The notes under the pieces were generated by a model. The model was not told the DNA's origin. It saw nothing but the letters and a program-made list of their open reading frames with translations, and searched no databases. Of a DNA stretch of 64,000 nt, positions 13,230 to 27,449 are shown piece after piece; positions within the stretch are counted from its first letter, which is position 1, and each line of letters starts with the position of its first letter. The position numbers and the translations under genes are program-made. Origin of the DNA: Glaucostegus cemiculus (lineage: Eukaryota); assembly GCA_976551045.1 (NCBI GenBank), contig CDPCPM010000077.1:3224001-3288000 (forward strand), given 5' to 3'.

Positions 13230-13770
13230 CCTTTATTAGCCACAGCACAGAATATAAGGGCAGAGATGTTATGCTGAAACTGTATATAGTACTATGGCTC
13301 AGCTTAAGTACTGTGAAAACATTTGATCACATTACAGGAAAGATGTGATTGTACTCAAAAAGATTTATGAAGATGTTCCCAGGTCTACAAAAATTCTCGT
13401 GGTGAGGAAAGTTTGGATAATTTGGGGCTGTTTTCTTTGGAAGAGATAATTCTGAGGGAAGACCTAACTAAGATGTATAAGCTTATGAGGAGCCTAGATG
13501 GACCATATAGGAAGGACTTGTGTCCCTTAGCAGAGAGGTTATAAACCTGGGGGCATAAATATGAAGTAATTGGTAGAATAGTTGGATGTAAGATGATCCT
13601 TTTCTTCAGCTGGGATGTCTGGAACTCGCCCCCTGAAAAGGTGGTAAAGGCAGAAACCTTCCTCACACTTGAGCTGTACTTGAATGTGCACTTGAAGAGC
13701 TGTGATCTGCAGGGTCATGGATCTAGTATTGGAAAGTAATGGCCTTCTTCTATGTCATAACCTTTCTGTG
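13230..13770 (+). mobile_element. Decayed CR1 3' fragment
   Basis: Tracks the CR1 ORF2 end: ttatgctgaaactgtata, aggaaagatgtgattg, ctgttttctttgga, ctgagggaagacctaa, tggaactcgccccctga. Confidence 0.75.
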
Positions 13771-13989
13771 ATTTTTTGTATACTTTGGAGAAGTGTAATA
13801 ATAATAATAAAGCATATAGTTTATGGAAAGAATTACATGACTTTGGGGTTGTTCTTGCTTGTTAACAGAGTTGTATGAGGAACAAATATAACCATCAAAA
13901 TTACTGCTTCATAAGTTACAAAGAGATTGTCTCGTACTACACTGGGAAAATTTAGGTTTGGTCTATGGCCTGGAGCAGATGATCTTGCC

Positions 13990-14335
13990 TGTATGCTTCT
14001 GAGAGTTGCACTCTTGTATCCCAAAACAACTGGAGAGAGATGCATCAACACTGTTTTTGCAAAATCCACTGGGAGCTTAAGTGAACCAACATCAGTGTCC
14101 TCTCCCAGGCCAACATCACTGTCATGAAGGCCCCAGGTACACTCCTTTTGAGCAGACCCTGTCACTTGCATGCCTGACACCAGACTCCTGAAACTGGCAA
14201 TCTTTTCTGAACTCTGTCACACCAAGACATTACCAGCTTGACTGAGGAAAAGATTCAAAGGTGGTCTCAAAACCTTGAAAAAATGTGCAAGAATCTCACT
14301 AATCCCTGGGAATCCCAAGATCTTGACCAAATGAT
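13990..14335 (+). mobile_element. RTE-clade LINE fragment
   Basis: aaccaacatcagtgtcctctcccaggccaacatc, gcatgcctgacaccagactcc and gaaaagattcaaag are homologous to the minus-strand RTE copy at 43.3-43.9 kb. Confidence 0.7.
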
Positions 14336-15302
14336 AGCAGTTTGGTTGCTAGGTGAGAGAGAAGGAAAATAAGGTTTTCATTCATGATTGCTATTCAATG
14401 ACAGGCTGCTGGGAAGTGGTTATAGATCAGTAGGATCAAAACTCCACTGAAGTGCACCATCCAAACTCAGTTTCCAAGGTTGGAGTAAAGAATCGCAAGT
14501 TTGGAGATGTGCAGTACAGACACGTAGACACACACATCATCTATATCATAACCATAGAAATAGCAGTCTTACCATCTCAATGTAAATCCATGTACCATGG
14601 AGCTATATGCAATTAAATACTTTACATCTTTTATGAATACACGTACAGCCCTAATGTTAGGAACTAAATGTGAACACACCCTAATCTCCGGTTACACATA
14701 CTTTATAACATGATTTTTGGGGAGGCTTGTGCTCTTGCTTTTACCTCATATTGTGCACATTAAATATTAAAACTTTGTAAATTTAAAAAAAATCTCCAGA
14801 AGATAAGTGTACTATTTTTTTTGGAAATGTAAAACAAAATATTGCCCAAAGTTGAAAAAATGAAGTGAGAAGCCTACCTGTGGCTTGTTGCCACTTCTCC
14901 CTGGGATCAGTTTGGGATTGGAATTTTGTATTCATGTTATAGCAGTTACTTGGGGGAGGGGACATTATGGACTGCCAAGAACACTTTTTTTTCAAAAAAA
15001 AAGTGTATTGCATTTTCACTAGTTCCTAGAGCAAAACCAATGCATCTCTAAGTACTGCTTGGGTTAGAACTGAACTCGGCTGGATTTACAGAGCTTGGCC
15101 AATGCAGTGCTCTTACATGGCTATGAAATGCAATTGTATACCTATTTAAGGCTCTGTTCGTCTCTCTGGTTTACCTTGTTAGGTGAAAACAAATTGAGTC
15201 GATAGACTGAGTATTCTGTGTTCATTATTGAACTCCAAGATGTAACACTTGGATATAAAAACTTGTGGGTATGTAAGGGGAAGAATGCCAAATGCTTTTA
15301 TT

Positions 15303-15600
15303 GAAAGAAACTATTTGCATTTATTCAGAACCATTCACAGCCTCAGGAAGTCTGTAAGCCCTTTGGAGTCGATGAATCCCTGTTGAAGTATGACCACTAT
15401 TGTGATAAAGAAAACCTAGAACCTATTTGCATACATCAAACATGATAGTGACCAGATAGTCTGTTTAGTGATGTTGTGGTGTAGATATTAGCCAGGGCAC
15501 CGGGCATAATACCCTTGTGCTTGAAAATAGTGTTATAGCATCCCTTGTGTTCATCTGACAGGGCACTGATGGGATGTCAGTTTAGCATCACATAATATGA
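15303..15600 (-). mobile_element. DeuSINE copy (a second fragment lies at about 15940-16065)
   Basis: Reverse complement of the 7410-7795 element: tgaccagatagtctgtttagtgatgttg...gatattagccagggcacc. Confidence 0.7.
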
Positions 15601-17417
15601 GGATTATCACCTGTGATTACTACACACAGTTGACCACTGTTGTATGCTGAAGAAGATCCCTTGCTTGCCTACATGTAACAAGGAAAGGTTTTCTCAATTC
15701 TTAGTGTGCTCTCGATAGGTATCAAAGAGATATTTGGCCTATTTACAATGACCTTTTGTCTGTACTCTGTTTTACATTGTCTTCAGTGCAAAGCAATAAC
15801 TTTTCAATCATTGTTTGATGATCCTGATATTTTGACCCACTGGTAGAGGCTCCTTGGAAGATCATACTCTGTAGTAGTAAGTGGAAAAAACATCTTGTTT
15901 GAGTGCTGGTGCCTTTTGTGAAATAAAGGAAGGTTTGATAAGGACTTCCCCTTTCACATCCTCATGATGTCTCCAAGTATTCGAACTATCGAAATACTTT
16001 TGAAGTGCATTCATTGTTATATAGTCAGCATAACAGCTAATTTGCTCGCTGCAAACTCCCACAAGTATTAATTTCTATTTGACCTGGGGTTCAGTTGTAT
16101 TTATTTGTTTGTTTTTATTGTTGCTTAGCCTGAAATTTATGCTTTGCTATGATTAGTCTGTTGTCTAGCTGAGAGTGGAGTTTAGAGCAGTTCCCAAGCC
16201 GCCTCATTTGATGCCTTTTCAGTTCTGGGGCATAGACAAAAGAAATTTAGTATGGCTTACCCAACTGTATCTGTTCCCACCTTTGAGACAATACCTTGTC
16301 CTGCTGCCACGTTCAGGATTAGACATTTTAGGAAATGACTAATACAAATTGTTGTTTGTTGAAATTTTCACAACATCTTGCATTATTTCCTCAAAATGAG
16401 AAGGGAAACCACTATCTAGAATTCTCAGGTTCAGTCCTTGCTTATCACGAATACCTTGCAAAATGGAAGGTCAGTCAGTTGCACGATTGTTTCTCCATGT
16501 ACATGGTGACATGGACATTGTGCTTATAAGAGAACTTAATTGATGATTTAAAAAAAATGAAAACTCACGATTAATGTGTTACTTGCCTCTGTCAGAATAC
16601 TTTATACTATTTCAGAGACTGCTGTGTTAGATTTCTTTGATTGTGGCATTTGTATTGTAGATTTGTTCAAGCGACCCATTCACCTCAAACACAGAAAGCT
16701 CTTGAAAATCTGCAATAAATATCCATGTCTATGTCCAGTATTTGCTTCCACAAGCCAGGATGGGTTTCGATCATTCATCTTTCTCACAACCAATGTTAAA
16801 ACCACAAACCAAATATTTGTTTACCCTCATGATCATCAAAGGGCAAATTTTGCTGAAATTTCCTGAATAACAAGTTATGTGAGCCAGTTGATTGCTCATG
16901 CGAATGGCTGACTTTCCATTTTGCAGCACGTACATGACAAGTGACGGTCAAAGATCTTAGAACTTGAGATAGTCATCATCTTCTCAAGTTGGCAATTTGA
17001 CCAAATAACATAACTATTTCCATGTGTATAGCACAGCACGAATGAAATTGAGTAGTTTACAATCTTCAATTTTTAAATCTGCACTTTTTCAGCTGCTTCA
17101 CTGATTTAATGGTTAAACGCATTCCTCAGTGTTATAGTGAACCAGAGAGATCAAAAGAACCAGGCTTGATCTCCAATTTGCACTGAATTAGATGACATCA
17201 TCTGAGGCAGTGACTTGGATGTTGCAGTTTTTCTGGGATCCCTTTTGTCTGAATAGAAGAAGGAATCAGCCAGCACATCCATTTGCTTGCCCCTTATTGG
17301 AAAACTTAACCAAATATCTCCAGGAATGAGGAATCCATTTAGTTTCAGTATCTGTAATATGTCCCAAGATCATTTGCAACAGGAGAGATTAACTAAACTA
17401 TAGATTATATAAATTAA

Positions 17418-17610
17418 ACTTCAATTCCCCCCTACTGTCTGTAAGGAGTTTGTATGTTCTCCCCGAGACTGCATGGGTTTGCTCCGGGTAATCTGGTTTC
17501 CTCCTACATTCCAAAGATGTGCGGGTTAGTAGGCCTATGTGGGTGTAATTGGGCGGCACAGGCTCATTGGGCTGGAAGGGCCTGTTACTGTGCTGTATAA
17601 ATAAAGTTTT
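17418..17610 (+). mobile_element. 5'-truncated HE1-type V-SINE
   Basis: ctgtctgtaaggagtttgtatgttctcccc...ggtttcctcctacattccaaag...gggctggaagggcctgttactgtgctgta. Confidence 0.85.
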
Positions 17611-19734
17611 AAAAAAAGTTTATAGAGAATTCATTAGACTCATTCATTGCAATAGATTTGATGGATATTTTTCAAGGTAATGCAGGAGCTCTAGAAGATC
17701 GAGATCAAGATGGTTGCAACTTTGGCACTGCAATGAGGAGTGCTGACTTGGATGGGGAATGGGAATCTAATTGACTTGTGGATCCCACATTTGGTTTGTT
17801 GAATGCAGACAATTACTGCTACTAATCAGGTAATATTTTCCACTGTAGACTAGATTGAATTTAGGAAGTACTTCATTGGCTGTAATACCATGTGGAGTGT
17901 GGGATGTTCTAAGGCCAAGAAAGGTATTGTATTAAATGTTGCACAGCAGCTATCGATACTTGCTCATTCTACACCTGCACAAATTAAGGCTTTATTAAGG
18001 GAAATAACTAAAATTTTATTAGACAGAATTTCCTGTCCTCCAATGACTGTTTTTGCTTTTTGTAATTTTCAGTCTTGAATATGATTGATGCTGGATTTTG
18101 TATGGAAGAATATCAACAGTTTTTCCCATTTAAAAAAAAAAATCTTTTTTGGACTGTGGGCAGAATTTCTGGAAATAGATTTTGAAATAATTCTGTATCC
18201 ACCTGCTTTCTTGCTCAGCATGGTATCCTATCTCTTCCCAGTTTATTTGACTCTTTCTTGTATGTTCTTTGGCATAGGCAATTAGCAAATTCCTTTGTTG
18301 CGCGTTTTATGAAGCAAGGTTTCTGTGGTTACTGAAAATGTTTACACCTACCGTATTGAAAATTTCTCCTCATCACACTTTCCATCCTTTGAGGTAAATC
18401 AGGTGACAAAAGTGTTGACTCGAGGCAGCACGAAAACAGGTTTTTGTGCAGTGTCTAAGTGAAACTGCACTCTATTGTCCATTATTTTTATTGCCAGTGG
18501 CCTTCGGAGGAATACAAGACGTGCACGGTATAGAAGTGTTCCAAAGTTATTCAGTAATTACTACAGCCCCTTGCTGAATTAGCCTCCCTCAGCAGGGATG
18601 GCAGTAGAGCACTAGATTTTCCTTTCCCCTTGGTTAGGAAAAGGTTAAAAAAGAACTGGAACTTATGATTCAGTAATCTGTCTCCTCATCCCTGCCTGAA
18701 AGGACACAAATGCAAACAAGGTCTGACTTGGCTGAGGTGACCTGATGGTTAAGTGGTCTGGTGGCACTCCATGTCAAGGCACGCAGTTGAATTTTGATCA
18801 TACAGCAGCAAAAAACATGCACTTATCTCCAGCTATTAATGATGCTGGGTTGTCCCAAAGAGAAGGCAGTGACTAAATTTGCTTTTTTTTTTGTTTTAGC
18901 AATCCAACCATACTACTTCATAGTTTGGTAGAGTTTGTTGAATGATGCTAAGGCACAAAGATCAGGAAGGCAACTTCTGTTTGTTTTATTTGGAGAATTC
19001 ACACATTAGAGAAAATGCATGCATTTAACTTCCTTGCCCTATTACTCCCGGCTTTTTCAAACAGTGCATAATATAAAATGAGCATTAGTGAATTATGTAA
19101 AATTATTTGGTAGAGTGGTCTAATATCATAGTGCAGGAATGAAGCCCATGTTATTTTTGATCAGCAGTGGACACCAGAAATAGAGTTGGTGAATTTAGTA
19201 ATACTGTAGTTATTCTGTTATTTCTCTAAAGGATATGGCCATCAGATGATGCTAGTCCTTGCCAACTATCCTTTCCAGAAGTTGGAAAGACCCATTTAAT
19301 ATTATAATTCCCACTGTATTTATTTTCCTGTTTATTTTTCAAATTGATTTTTCCTCCTATAGGTATAAAGTTCCTCGAGGTTTATTTCCTTCAATATGCT
19401 CTGCAAATAGCCAACAACAGCAAGCTGATTCTGCCCCTAATCAGTGTCACACTTGCCTAAAATATTTGACTATGGGTACTGCACAGAGAGGAGAGGGGTG
19501 GAAAGTGAAAGTGTAATCTTTGGCTAACTTTCTTCTTCCTCCAGGAATATTGAGGCAAATTCTAGAGTCTCTCTGGCAGAAAATAGTGACTCCAGCACAC
19601 TGGAGATTAAAATGAACCTTTCTGTATTGAAAACTGCATATGTTGAAGCTAGCACAGGTGATGACCATGGAATAATTTGAACAACTATTTGAAGGATTCA
19701 TAACTAAAGTAAAAACCTACTAACGTGTAGATAC

Positions 19735-20382
19735 AGAGAGCAATTGGGAAGGCAAATGATACATAGCATTTATTATGGGAGGGTTTGAGTACAAGAGTAG
19801 AAATGACTTGTTGCAGTTATACAGGGCCATGGTAAGACCACCTTGTGAGGACTTTGTACAATTTTGGTCTCGTTATCTAAAGAAGGATATACTTGCTATA
19901 GAGGGAGTACAGCAGTGTTTCATCAAACTAGTTTCGGGGATGGTGGACCTGTCATATGAGAAGAGTTTGAGTAGACTAGATCTTTATTCTGAGACGTTCT
20001 GAAATATATGGAAGTTCTTAGAGGGCTCAATAGGGAAAGTACAGAGGATGTTTCTTTTGGTTGAAGAATCTCGAACTAGGGAGCTCAGTCTCAAAAAAAA
20101 AAGTTTAAAACTATTTTAAGCTGAAATGAGGATAATGTTCTGTAATCAGAGTGTGGAGAGTCTTTGGAATTCTCTACTCCAGAGAGCTGTAGAGGCTCAG
20201 TCATTGGTTCAATCAAAGCAGAGAATTGATATATTTTAGGATATGGGAGTAACCTCTATTTCAGGATGTGATCAATATGATAGGAAAATGGTGTTGAGGT
20301 AGGTGACCAGCCAAGACCTTGTAGAATGTGGAGCAGACCTGAGAACAGAATGGCCTACTCCTGCTCCTATTTCTTATGTTGA
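19735..20382 (+). mobile_element. CR1 LINE 3' fragment
   Basis: ORF 19775-20002 GFEYKSRNDLLQLYRAMVRP...VQFWSRYLKKDILAIEGVQ; tail gaatggcctactcctgctcctatttcttatg. Confidence 0.9.
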
Positions 20383-21124
20383 TATAAACTCTTAGATACT
20401 TTATGCGAGATCAATAGTCTGGGGACAGTTTTAACCCAGCACATTAATGGATACTGACCAGCTCATGTTGAACACTGTTGTCCAGTGGTCTCATTTTGCA
20501 GAATTTAAATCCAGGCTTCAACCCATCAGTTCAACTTGTTGCGAGATGAGGAAGGTTAAAATAATCTGTCAGGCTGCATAACAACACAGCATTATAGTTT
20601 GAGCTTTCTCACTGTAAGTAGTTTCAAGAGCCTGTGGCTTAGTTAATACTTAACAGAGAATAGTAATCTTAGTTGTAGTGGTGATTTTGTTTTGGCAATA
20701 AGTATTCTAGTTGGAGCATTGATATTATAAAATATTAGCGTTCTTAGCGCTCCAGAGGATACTAACAATGCTCCATGACGGTACCAAGTTATAACTGTCT
20801 TACTGAAGGTTTTTAAAGACAATTGTTAATGGCTATAAAGACCTGGCAGCTGGCTGCTGTGTTTCTTGTACTGTTCTACAACGTTCCCACTAAACACAAA
20901 TGCATTCCGTTAGTACAAGGTTCAAAGTTTGAGACAAGACAGCTTAAGGTTCAGTTTTAAGATCTTTCTTGTCTGTATCTATATGTGTTCTCCTCCAGTT
21001 AATCTTATTAAATTGCATAGCTGTATGAAGGAGGAAAAACTGTGCAGGACTGTAAAAACAAAATTATAACTTCAGACTTATTAATGACGTGCTCAAAATG
21101 CACTACACAACCATCATTAGTTTT

Positions 21125-22078
21125 AAAGTCACACAACTTAGAAACAGGCTCTTCAGCCCACACTGACCATTGAGCATGCAGTGAACTAATCCCATTTTAT
21201 TCTCCATTCCCATCAACAAGGGGGAATTTATGGTAGCCACTTGCCAACCAGCCTGTATGTCTTTGCAATGTGGGCGGAAACCGATGTACAAGCCCAAAGA
21301 TCCCTAAAGTAGTGTGCAAATCCAAAAATCCTGAAAGGTAGCAGTGCAGGTAGATAAAATGTTTAAGAACGCTTTGGGATGCTGGTCTTCATTAGTTGGG
21401 GCATTGAATACAAGAGCAGGGAGGTTATGCGTCTGCTTTATAAAACATTGGTCAGACCTCAGTGTGTAGTTCTGGACACTGCCTTATAGGAAAGATGTGA
21501 TAACACTGGAGAGGGTGCAGAGGAGATTCACCAGGACGTTACCTGGGATGGAACGTTTCAGTTAAGAGGAGAGACTGAAGAGATTAGGTCTGTTTTCCCT
21601 GGAGCATTGGAGGTTGAGGGGTCATGACTAAGGTATGTAAAATCATGAAGGATATAGGCAGGGTAGACTGAAGGAAACTTCTCCCCATATCAGAGTTCAT
21701 AGATTTAGGCTAAGGTGTAAGAGACTTGGAGAGGATCTGAGGGGAGCTTTTTTTCACCCAGAGAGTGGTGAGTACCTGGAATGCATTTCAGAGAGTGTGG
21801 TGGAAGCAGAGTCACTGACAGCATTTAAGAAGGGTTTAGATGAGCACTTGAATCACCAGGCATAGAGGGTTACTCACCAAGTGCTGGAAGATGGAGTTAA
21901 TGTTGATGGATTCCAACTGGTAGGTATGGATGTGGTGGGCTGAATGGCCTATTTCCATGCTGGATGACCCTCTGACATCCAGAGGAAATCCACACGGTCT
22001 CAGAGAATGTGCAAATTCTAAACAGAGAGCACCAGAGGTTTGGAATGAACCAGGGTCACTGGAGCAACGCGGCAGCTT
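21125..22078. mobile_element. Minus-strand V-SINE split by a plus-strand CR1 fragment (about 21330-21975)
   Basis: gtctttgcaatgtgggcggaaacc lies before the CR1 and cacacggtctcagagaatgtgcaaa...tgaaccagggtcactggagc after it. The CR1 part has GIEYKSREVM and LERVQRRFTR motifs. Confidence 0.75.
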
Positions 22079-22239
22079 TTTGGTATCTCTGAAGTTTTGC
22101 GCCGCTGGTTTCAAAAGCACGAGTTTCACACGGGCAGTGACAACCCGATGCCAGCATATTTGAATTGCCTTGGTGGCTTTTTGGGAGAACTATTTATATC
22201 AGACCTTCCTGCACCATTGGCAAAGTGAATGCACACAAT

Positions 22240-22512
22240 CTTTTTCTTGGGGGTGGGGAATCAAGAACTAGAGGGCGGAGGTTTAAGGTGAGAGGGGGAA
22301 GGATTTAATAGGAACCTGAGGGGCAACTTTTTCACCCAGAGGAGGTGGTGAGGCAGGTATAATAACAACATTTAAGACATTTGGACAGGTACATGGATCG
22401 GAAAGGTTTAGAGGGATGTGCGTTAAGCACAGGCAAATGGGACTGGCTTTGATGGGCACCTTGGTTGACATGGATGAGTTGGGCCAAAGGGCCCGTTTCC
22501 GTGCTGTATGAC
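22240..22512 (+). mobile_element. CR1/HER1 3' fragment
   Basis: agaactagagggc...gtttaaggtgagagggg...gggcaactttttcacccagagg; tail gggccaaagggcccgtttccgtgctgtatgact. Confidence 0.85.
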
Positions 22513-25500
22513 TAGGAATCCAGCAAGTTCATTTGGGGGTTATCCCCTAAACTGAGTCTGGCATTTCAGGAGCTAGCAATGCAAAGGCAAGGTAAGATGG
22601 GAAGAGTGGTTTAATGTCAGTATAAAAGCGATTACTGGTTCTCTTGGTCCTTTGGCTGCTTTGTATCATTGCTAACCTTCAACGCATCTGTTTCTTTTTG
22701 CCATTGGAAACCTATTCAGTGACCTTTGTGCATTGGAAGGTATCTCAGTACACATCATAGTGATTGACAAGACAGCCTCTGTCAACAAAATATGTGAAGT
22801 GTTTGAGAGCTGATTGCTCTCAAAATTAAAAGCACATGTATCATTCTAATGTACACATTAGAGAGCATTGCATTTTAACAAGGTTTCTGCATGTCTATTA
22901 CAGTGGTTTCACATTGCCGTGACAGAAAATAACAGATTTATTCCAGGCTGAAGCAAGGCCTTTGTGACTGTCCGGTCTCAAAGTTGCTCTGGCAGGAGTG
23001 TTGGTGACTTTGCAAGTGTGTTATCAGAAGAGAGTAGATGATTTTACTGCGGCCATTGGTATTAAAAATTAAAGTCTTCATCTGACAAGCACTTGAAGCT
23101 GAAGTATTCAAAGCTTTTGTTTCATGCACATTGGTAAGGTATAATATTGCATAGTATGAGTGAAGTATAATTTTGTGACAGTCTTGTAATAACTGCTTTA
23201 AAAAGTATAACATTAGCTGTTAAGAGCTTTAAATGCAAAAGTTCCTTCTCATTTTTAGGTATTAATAATTCAATATAAAGAAATGCCACTGATACATAGT
23301 GAGAATCTGGCTCCACATGAATGGTAAACTCACAAGTGTTCTTTTAGACATTTAATGATTGTCCTAAGTGCTACAGAAATGGTGCTATCACATAACTTGT
23401 TTTCCCAATGCTTAATTTATATTTGGGCAGGAATAATCAGGGAATCTTCTAGTTCTCTGAATCTGGAACCTGGCCGAGTGGTTATTTATTTTTTTCATGA
23501 ATGGTTGAAGACATTGGGTGAGCAGAGCATTCTTGGCACTATTGGCACTTTTTTCAATAAAGTAAGAACTGTATTGGCCAATGCAAGTGTACTTGGTAGC
23601 ATATAAGATTTCAACTCCTGTAATAATTCTATTAATTTTATAACATGTTTCCACTGTCAAAAGTATTTTTGGACTCTGAGAATGTCTGGCTATAGTATAT
23701 TTAATTACAGTGACCCCAGCTAGCAAGAAGAAAATAGGTCTATTCCAGGTGGATCCTCAGAAGGGAAGAGAAGTCCTTTTAGGCTTATTGTAAAGTAAGA
23801 GTAGAATCACATTTACAGTGACAGATGTGCTTATGGAAGAAAAGAAAATAGGTTAATCCCTCCAGAGCTAGCCCTGGCTAACCGTACGATTCTACAGATA
23901 CTTATCTAGAGGCAAAAAAGGACCACACAGACACTAGCCAAACATGGTTTCCTTGGAGCATTATGATAAATGACATACCATGCAGGGAACATTTGAGGCT
24001 GTGTGCCCAGTTCAGATTCTTACACATCTTCAGTGGGAATCAGGAAATGAGGTGTGGGCTAAACATTCCAGTTATGCAACCTGTGGGATGTTCCGTCTGC
24101 TTAAATTAACGAGCAGGAAATCAAATGAAACACAAAATGGACATGCTGAATTGTAAGTGTATGAAACAAGATGCAGGTTCGAACTAATAAAAGATAATTA
24201 GGAGGTTCTTCTGACAAGGCATGATCAACACATCAAATAGATTTCCAGATGGAGTGGCAGAGGTAAAAATGCTGAATCCTTTTAAGAACCATTTGGTTGC
24301 CATATGATAATTTATTGGATTGGATGAACAAAGATGGACTGAGTGATCTTTCTTGTCCATAATTATCCAAGGGTAATCTGAAAGGGGATCCCAATGTACA
24401 AAGCCATATACCTGACTGAGGAGGTTTAGTTATCTTCTGGACCTAGTGAACATTTTCCATTGCATGACCTTTTGGGTCATTTGTGGTGTTTGTGGGGGGT
24501 GCATGGTTCCCTTCAACTGAACAGGATAATTGAAGGAAGGATTTCAAACGGCAAAACTGGATGGACACCAGTAAGTGGTTAAAAAAGAGGAAGTGCAAAA
24601 GAGCTGTGGTCTAAAGTTCTAAAGAAGTAGCTTTAACCACAATCCTATTTTGCATACCAATTTTGGTTTAAAATCAAGCCAGTAGCTGCAAAGCTTTACA
24701 ATCCCTTGTTGGCAACTTGTAGAAAATCAGTGTTCTTGCTTTCCTTAGTCAAGGCTTTACTTAGTTTGTTCTAGAGTATTGTAGGTTAACTGGCCACATC
24801 ACATGACTGCAATGCATTTTTTTTAGATTGCATGATATTTGGGAAGATTCTTTAACTGGATTGTCAGTTCATATAATTGTAATCCTTTTAAGTCTTCAGG
24901 ATAGCTTTCTTCCTTCTTGCAGCTTTATGATGCTAAAGTCAAGACTTCTACTAGTTTTTTATTTTACAGGACCTCAAAACTATACACCTTCAGTCTTCAC
25001 CCTCTTCAAGTTTCATATTTTTATGCACTAAAGCATTCTTACCACTAAGCGCTCCTTTCCCTAATCTGTATTATGCTTTTCAAAAACACAGTTGCTCTGA
25101 ATTTATAACTTTTTACAGAAGAGGAAAGCAGTGGCTTAAAGTTTAATCAACCTGTTGTTAAAAGGGAGGTCAAGAAAATACCCTCTGCAGATATAGTTTT
25201 GAATGAGAAGAAATTTGGAAAAATTTGTGTGCTTTTTACATGTACATAGATTACAAGGCATTGGGATTGAAGTATTTAGCAAATGGGTCAGATGCAAATG
25301 GTAGTTAGGAGTTGACTGTTTCCAGTACTTAGATTAAATGTAAGAGATTGAGAACAAAAATGAGCAATATCTTGTTGGGGCCCAAGGAATATATTTTCAG
25401 AGTTACCTGTTGAAGCAGAAACCATGTCAACACACTCCAATTTCTAGTGTTGTTGTAGCAGGGGAAATGCAAGGTTCAAAGTCCAATATTTCAGACAAAG

Positions 25501-25674
25501 AATGAGTAGTAGTCAATAGGCAAGGTATCCTGTCGTTGGTAGTTGTCTTAGTTCAAGCATTGAAAATTTAAAATAAAATCTTAGACCGTGGATTAAATGA
25601 ACTGAAATGTTTTGGTGGTGCACAATTCTGATTTTTACCATTTTTAATAAAATTGTAAATGTGGTTGAATGGGT

Positions 25675-25805
25675 TCATAGAGTAATACAGCATGGAAACA
25701 GGCCCTTCGGCCCAACTTGTCTATACCAACCAAGGTGCCCATCTGAGCTAGTCCCATTTGCCCACATTTGGCCCGTATCCCTCTAAACCTTTCCTATCCA
25801 TGTGC
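25675..25805 (-). mobile_element. CR1/HER1 3' tail
   Basis: atacagcatggaaacaggcccttcggcccaac is the reverse complement of the 22.4-22.5 kb tail. Confidence 0.85.
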
Positions 25806-27449
25806 ATATCCCTTTTTTTTGTACAAAATGTGTACATAGGAAATCTCTTTTACTATCACCATCTCCCACCACCTTCCAGATTAATCTTTTGCACAGATTA
25901 TATAAGAAAGCACTTCAGAGTAAATCTGCCTGGAGAATGGGTTGCAGTTAGCTGAGTGTCAGTGGAGTGCTTACTCAAGAGTCCCCTCAGAGTCCTATTC
26001 AGTACTCATCGCCTATATATCTATAACCCACTGGGAATGGTCCTTGGGTAGCAGTCAGGGTTCATTTTATAATGTGGTGACACAGATTTTCTCACTTTGA
26101 CTAGACATCCTGCTTTGTATGGCTGTGTTCGATGCTGGATTTATTTCCTGAACTACAAGTGCAGCATCGTTGTTCAGATTTGAAAATGCATTTAACCCCA
26201 TAGCAATAGCCAGAGGTATTTTCATAAGTGTTATCTGTGATAATGTAAATTGTGGAACAACTAATATCATCACTGTGATTAATCTGTTGCATGCTGGTAC
26301 TTTGTAGTAGTGTTACTACGTTTTACCAGCTATCAACTGGATTTGAAACAGTGACAGATAAATTACTTGTCATAAAATGTCTGTATTATATATTGTGATG
26401 TAATATTTGACTGACTTGATTGTAGCAACGTAGCAGAACTCCTTGCATTGCCTAAGTCATTCAGGTGATCCTATTCTTTGTAACTCTTTTGGTCTACCCG
26501 CATAAAGGATTTTGTAATGTTTGGTAATTGTTATGTGAAAGGATAATGATATGGGTTTGTAAATGTCACTGTAGTTGTTTTGTCCAATAAATATAATAAA
26601 ATATTTTGCTATTGCAACCTCTGGGCTAAAGATCTTGCTGGAGCAAAGAGAACAGATTGATATTCATAGACTGAATTTTCCCCTGCACTATTGTAGGTCA
26701 TGGTTGTTTCCCAGTGAGCACTGTTAGCAGTTCTGAGAACTGTTTACCCATTAATCTCTCTCCATCTGACAGCATTCCCATTAAACTTACTTAGTATTTT
26801 TTCCCCTTAAGTTTCTTTTTCTTTCTTTGTTTTTCTTTCAGCTATGCTAATCAAAGAAAACCTTTGACCTGATGAGTGGGATGCAACAAAATTCTAAATC
26901 AATTGGAAAGTCCTAATACACAATTGGGAGTAAAAATTTAAATTGCTCTTTTATCACTGCCTGGCTTTTCATTATTTTGGCTTAAACTGTGGCAGATGAA
27001 TTCATGTGAAACACGCTGGGAATGAAGAATAAAGCCAGCATCTATCTGGATTTGATGCTGGCACACTTCTGCAAATGCTATTCTGGCTGTCTCAGAGTGG
27101 GTGTTTCCAGTGAATTATGTTCTGTAATGTCCAGCCTCATGACCATCAAAAGGCCTAAATGGGCTCTTGGGTACAAGCAGGAGCAAGCGTAGGGGTTTAA
27201 ATCTGCAGACTTTTGGATGAACAGGCACGGGTGTGGTTAAAGCTGTGGAGAAATATGCATGCACATCAGAAATCTTGCCATTTTTCCAGATGAATATCTT
27301 GGCTGAGGTTAGGAAGCTCCTCTCTCCACCTGCCTATCTCTATAGTTGCTTTGAGTTTTGTAGCACTCAGTCTCACGCTTTGCCTGTGCACTTGGTAATT
27401 ATACCATCAAGTGTTATTTTCTTTATCTTTCATGCCGTAATATTGCACC

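Noticed and set aside
19340-19480. Acceptor ttttcctcctatAG|GTATAA with an open frame (YKVPRGLF...)
   Set aside because: The reconstituted and downstream donors are weak and the peptide is not recognisable.
26800-26900. Very strong polypyrimidine tract ending ttttctttcAG at 26841
   Set aside because: No credible donor within exon distance; similar T-rich tracts occur at about 18900, 36400 and 62050.
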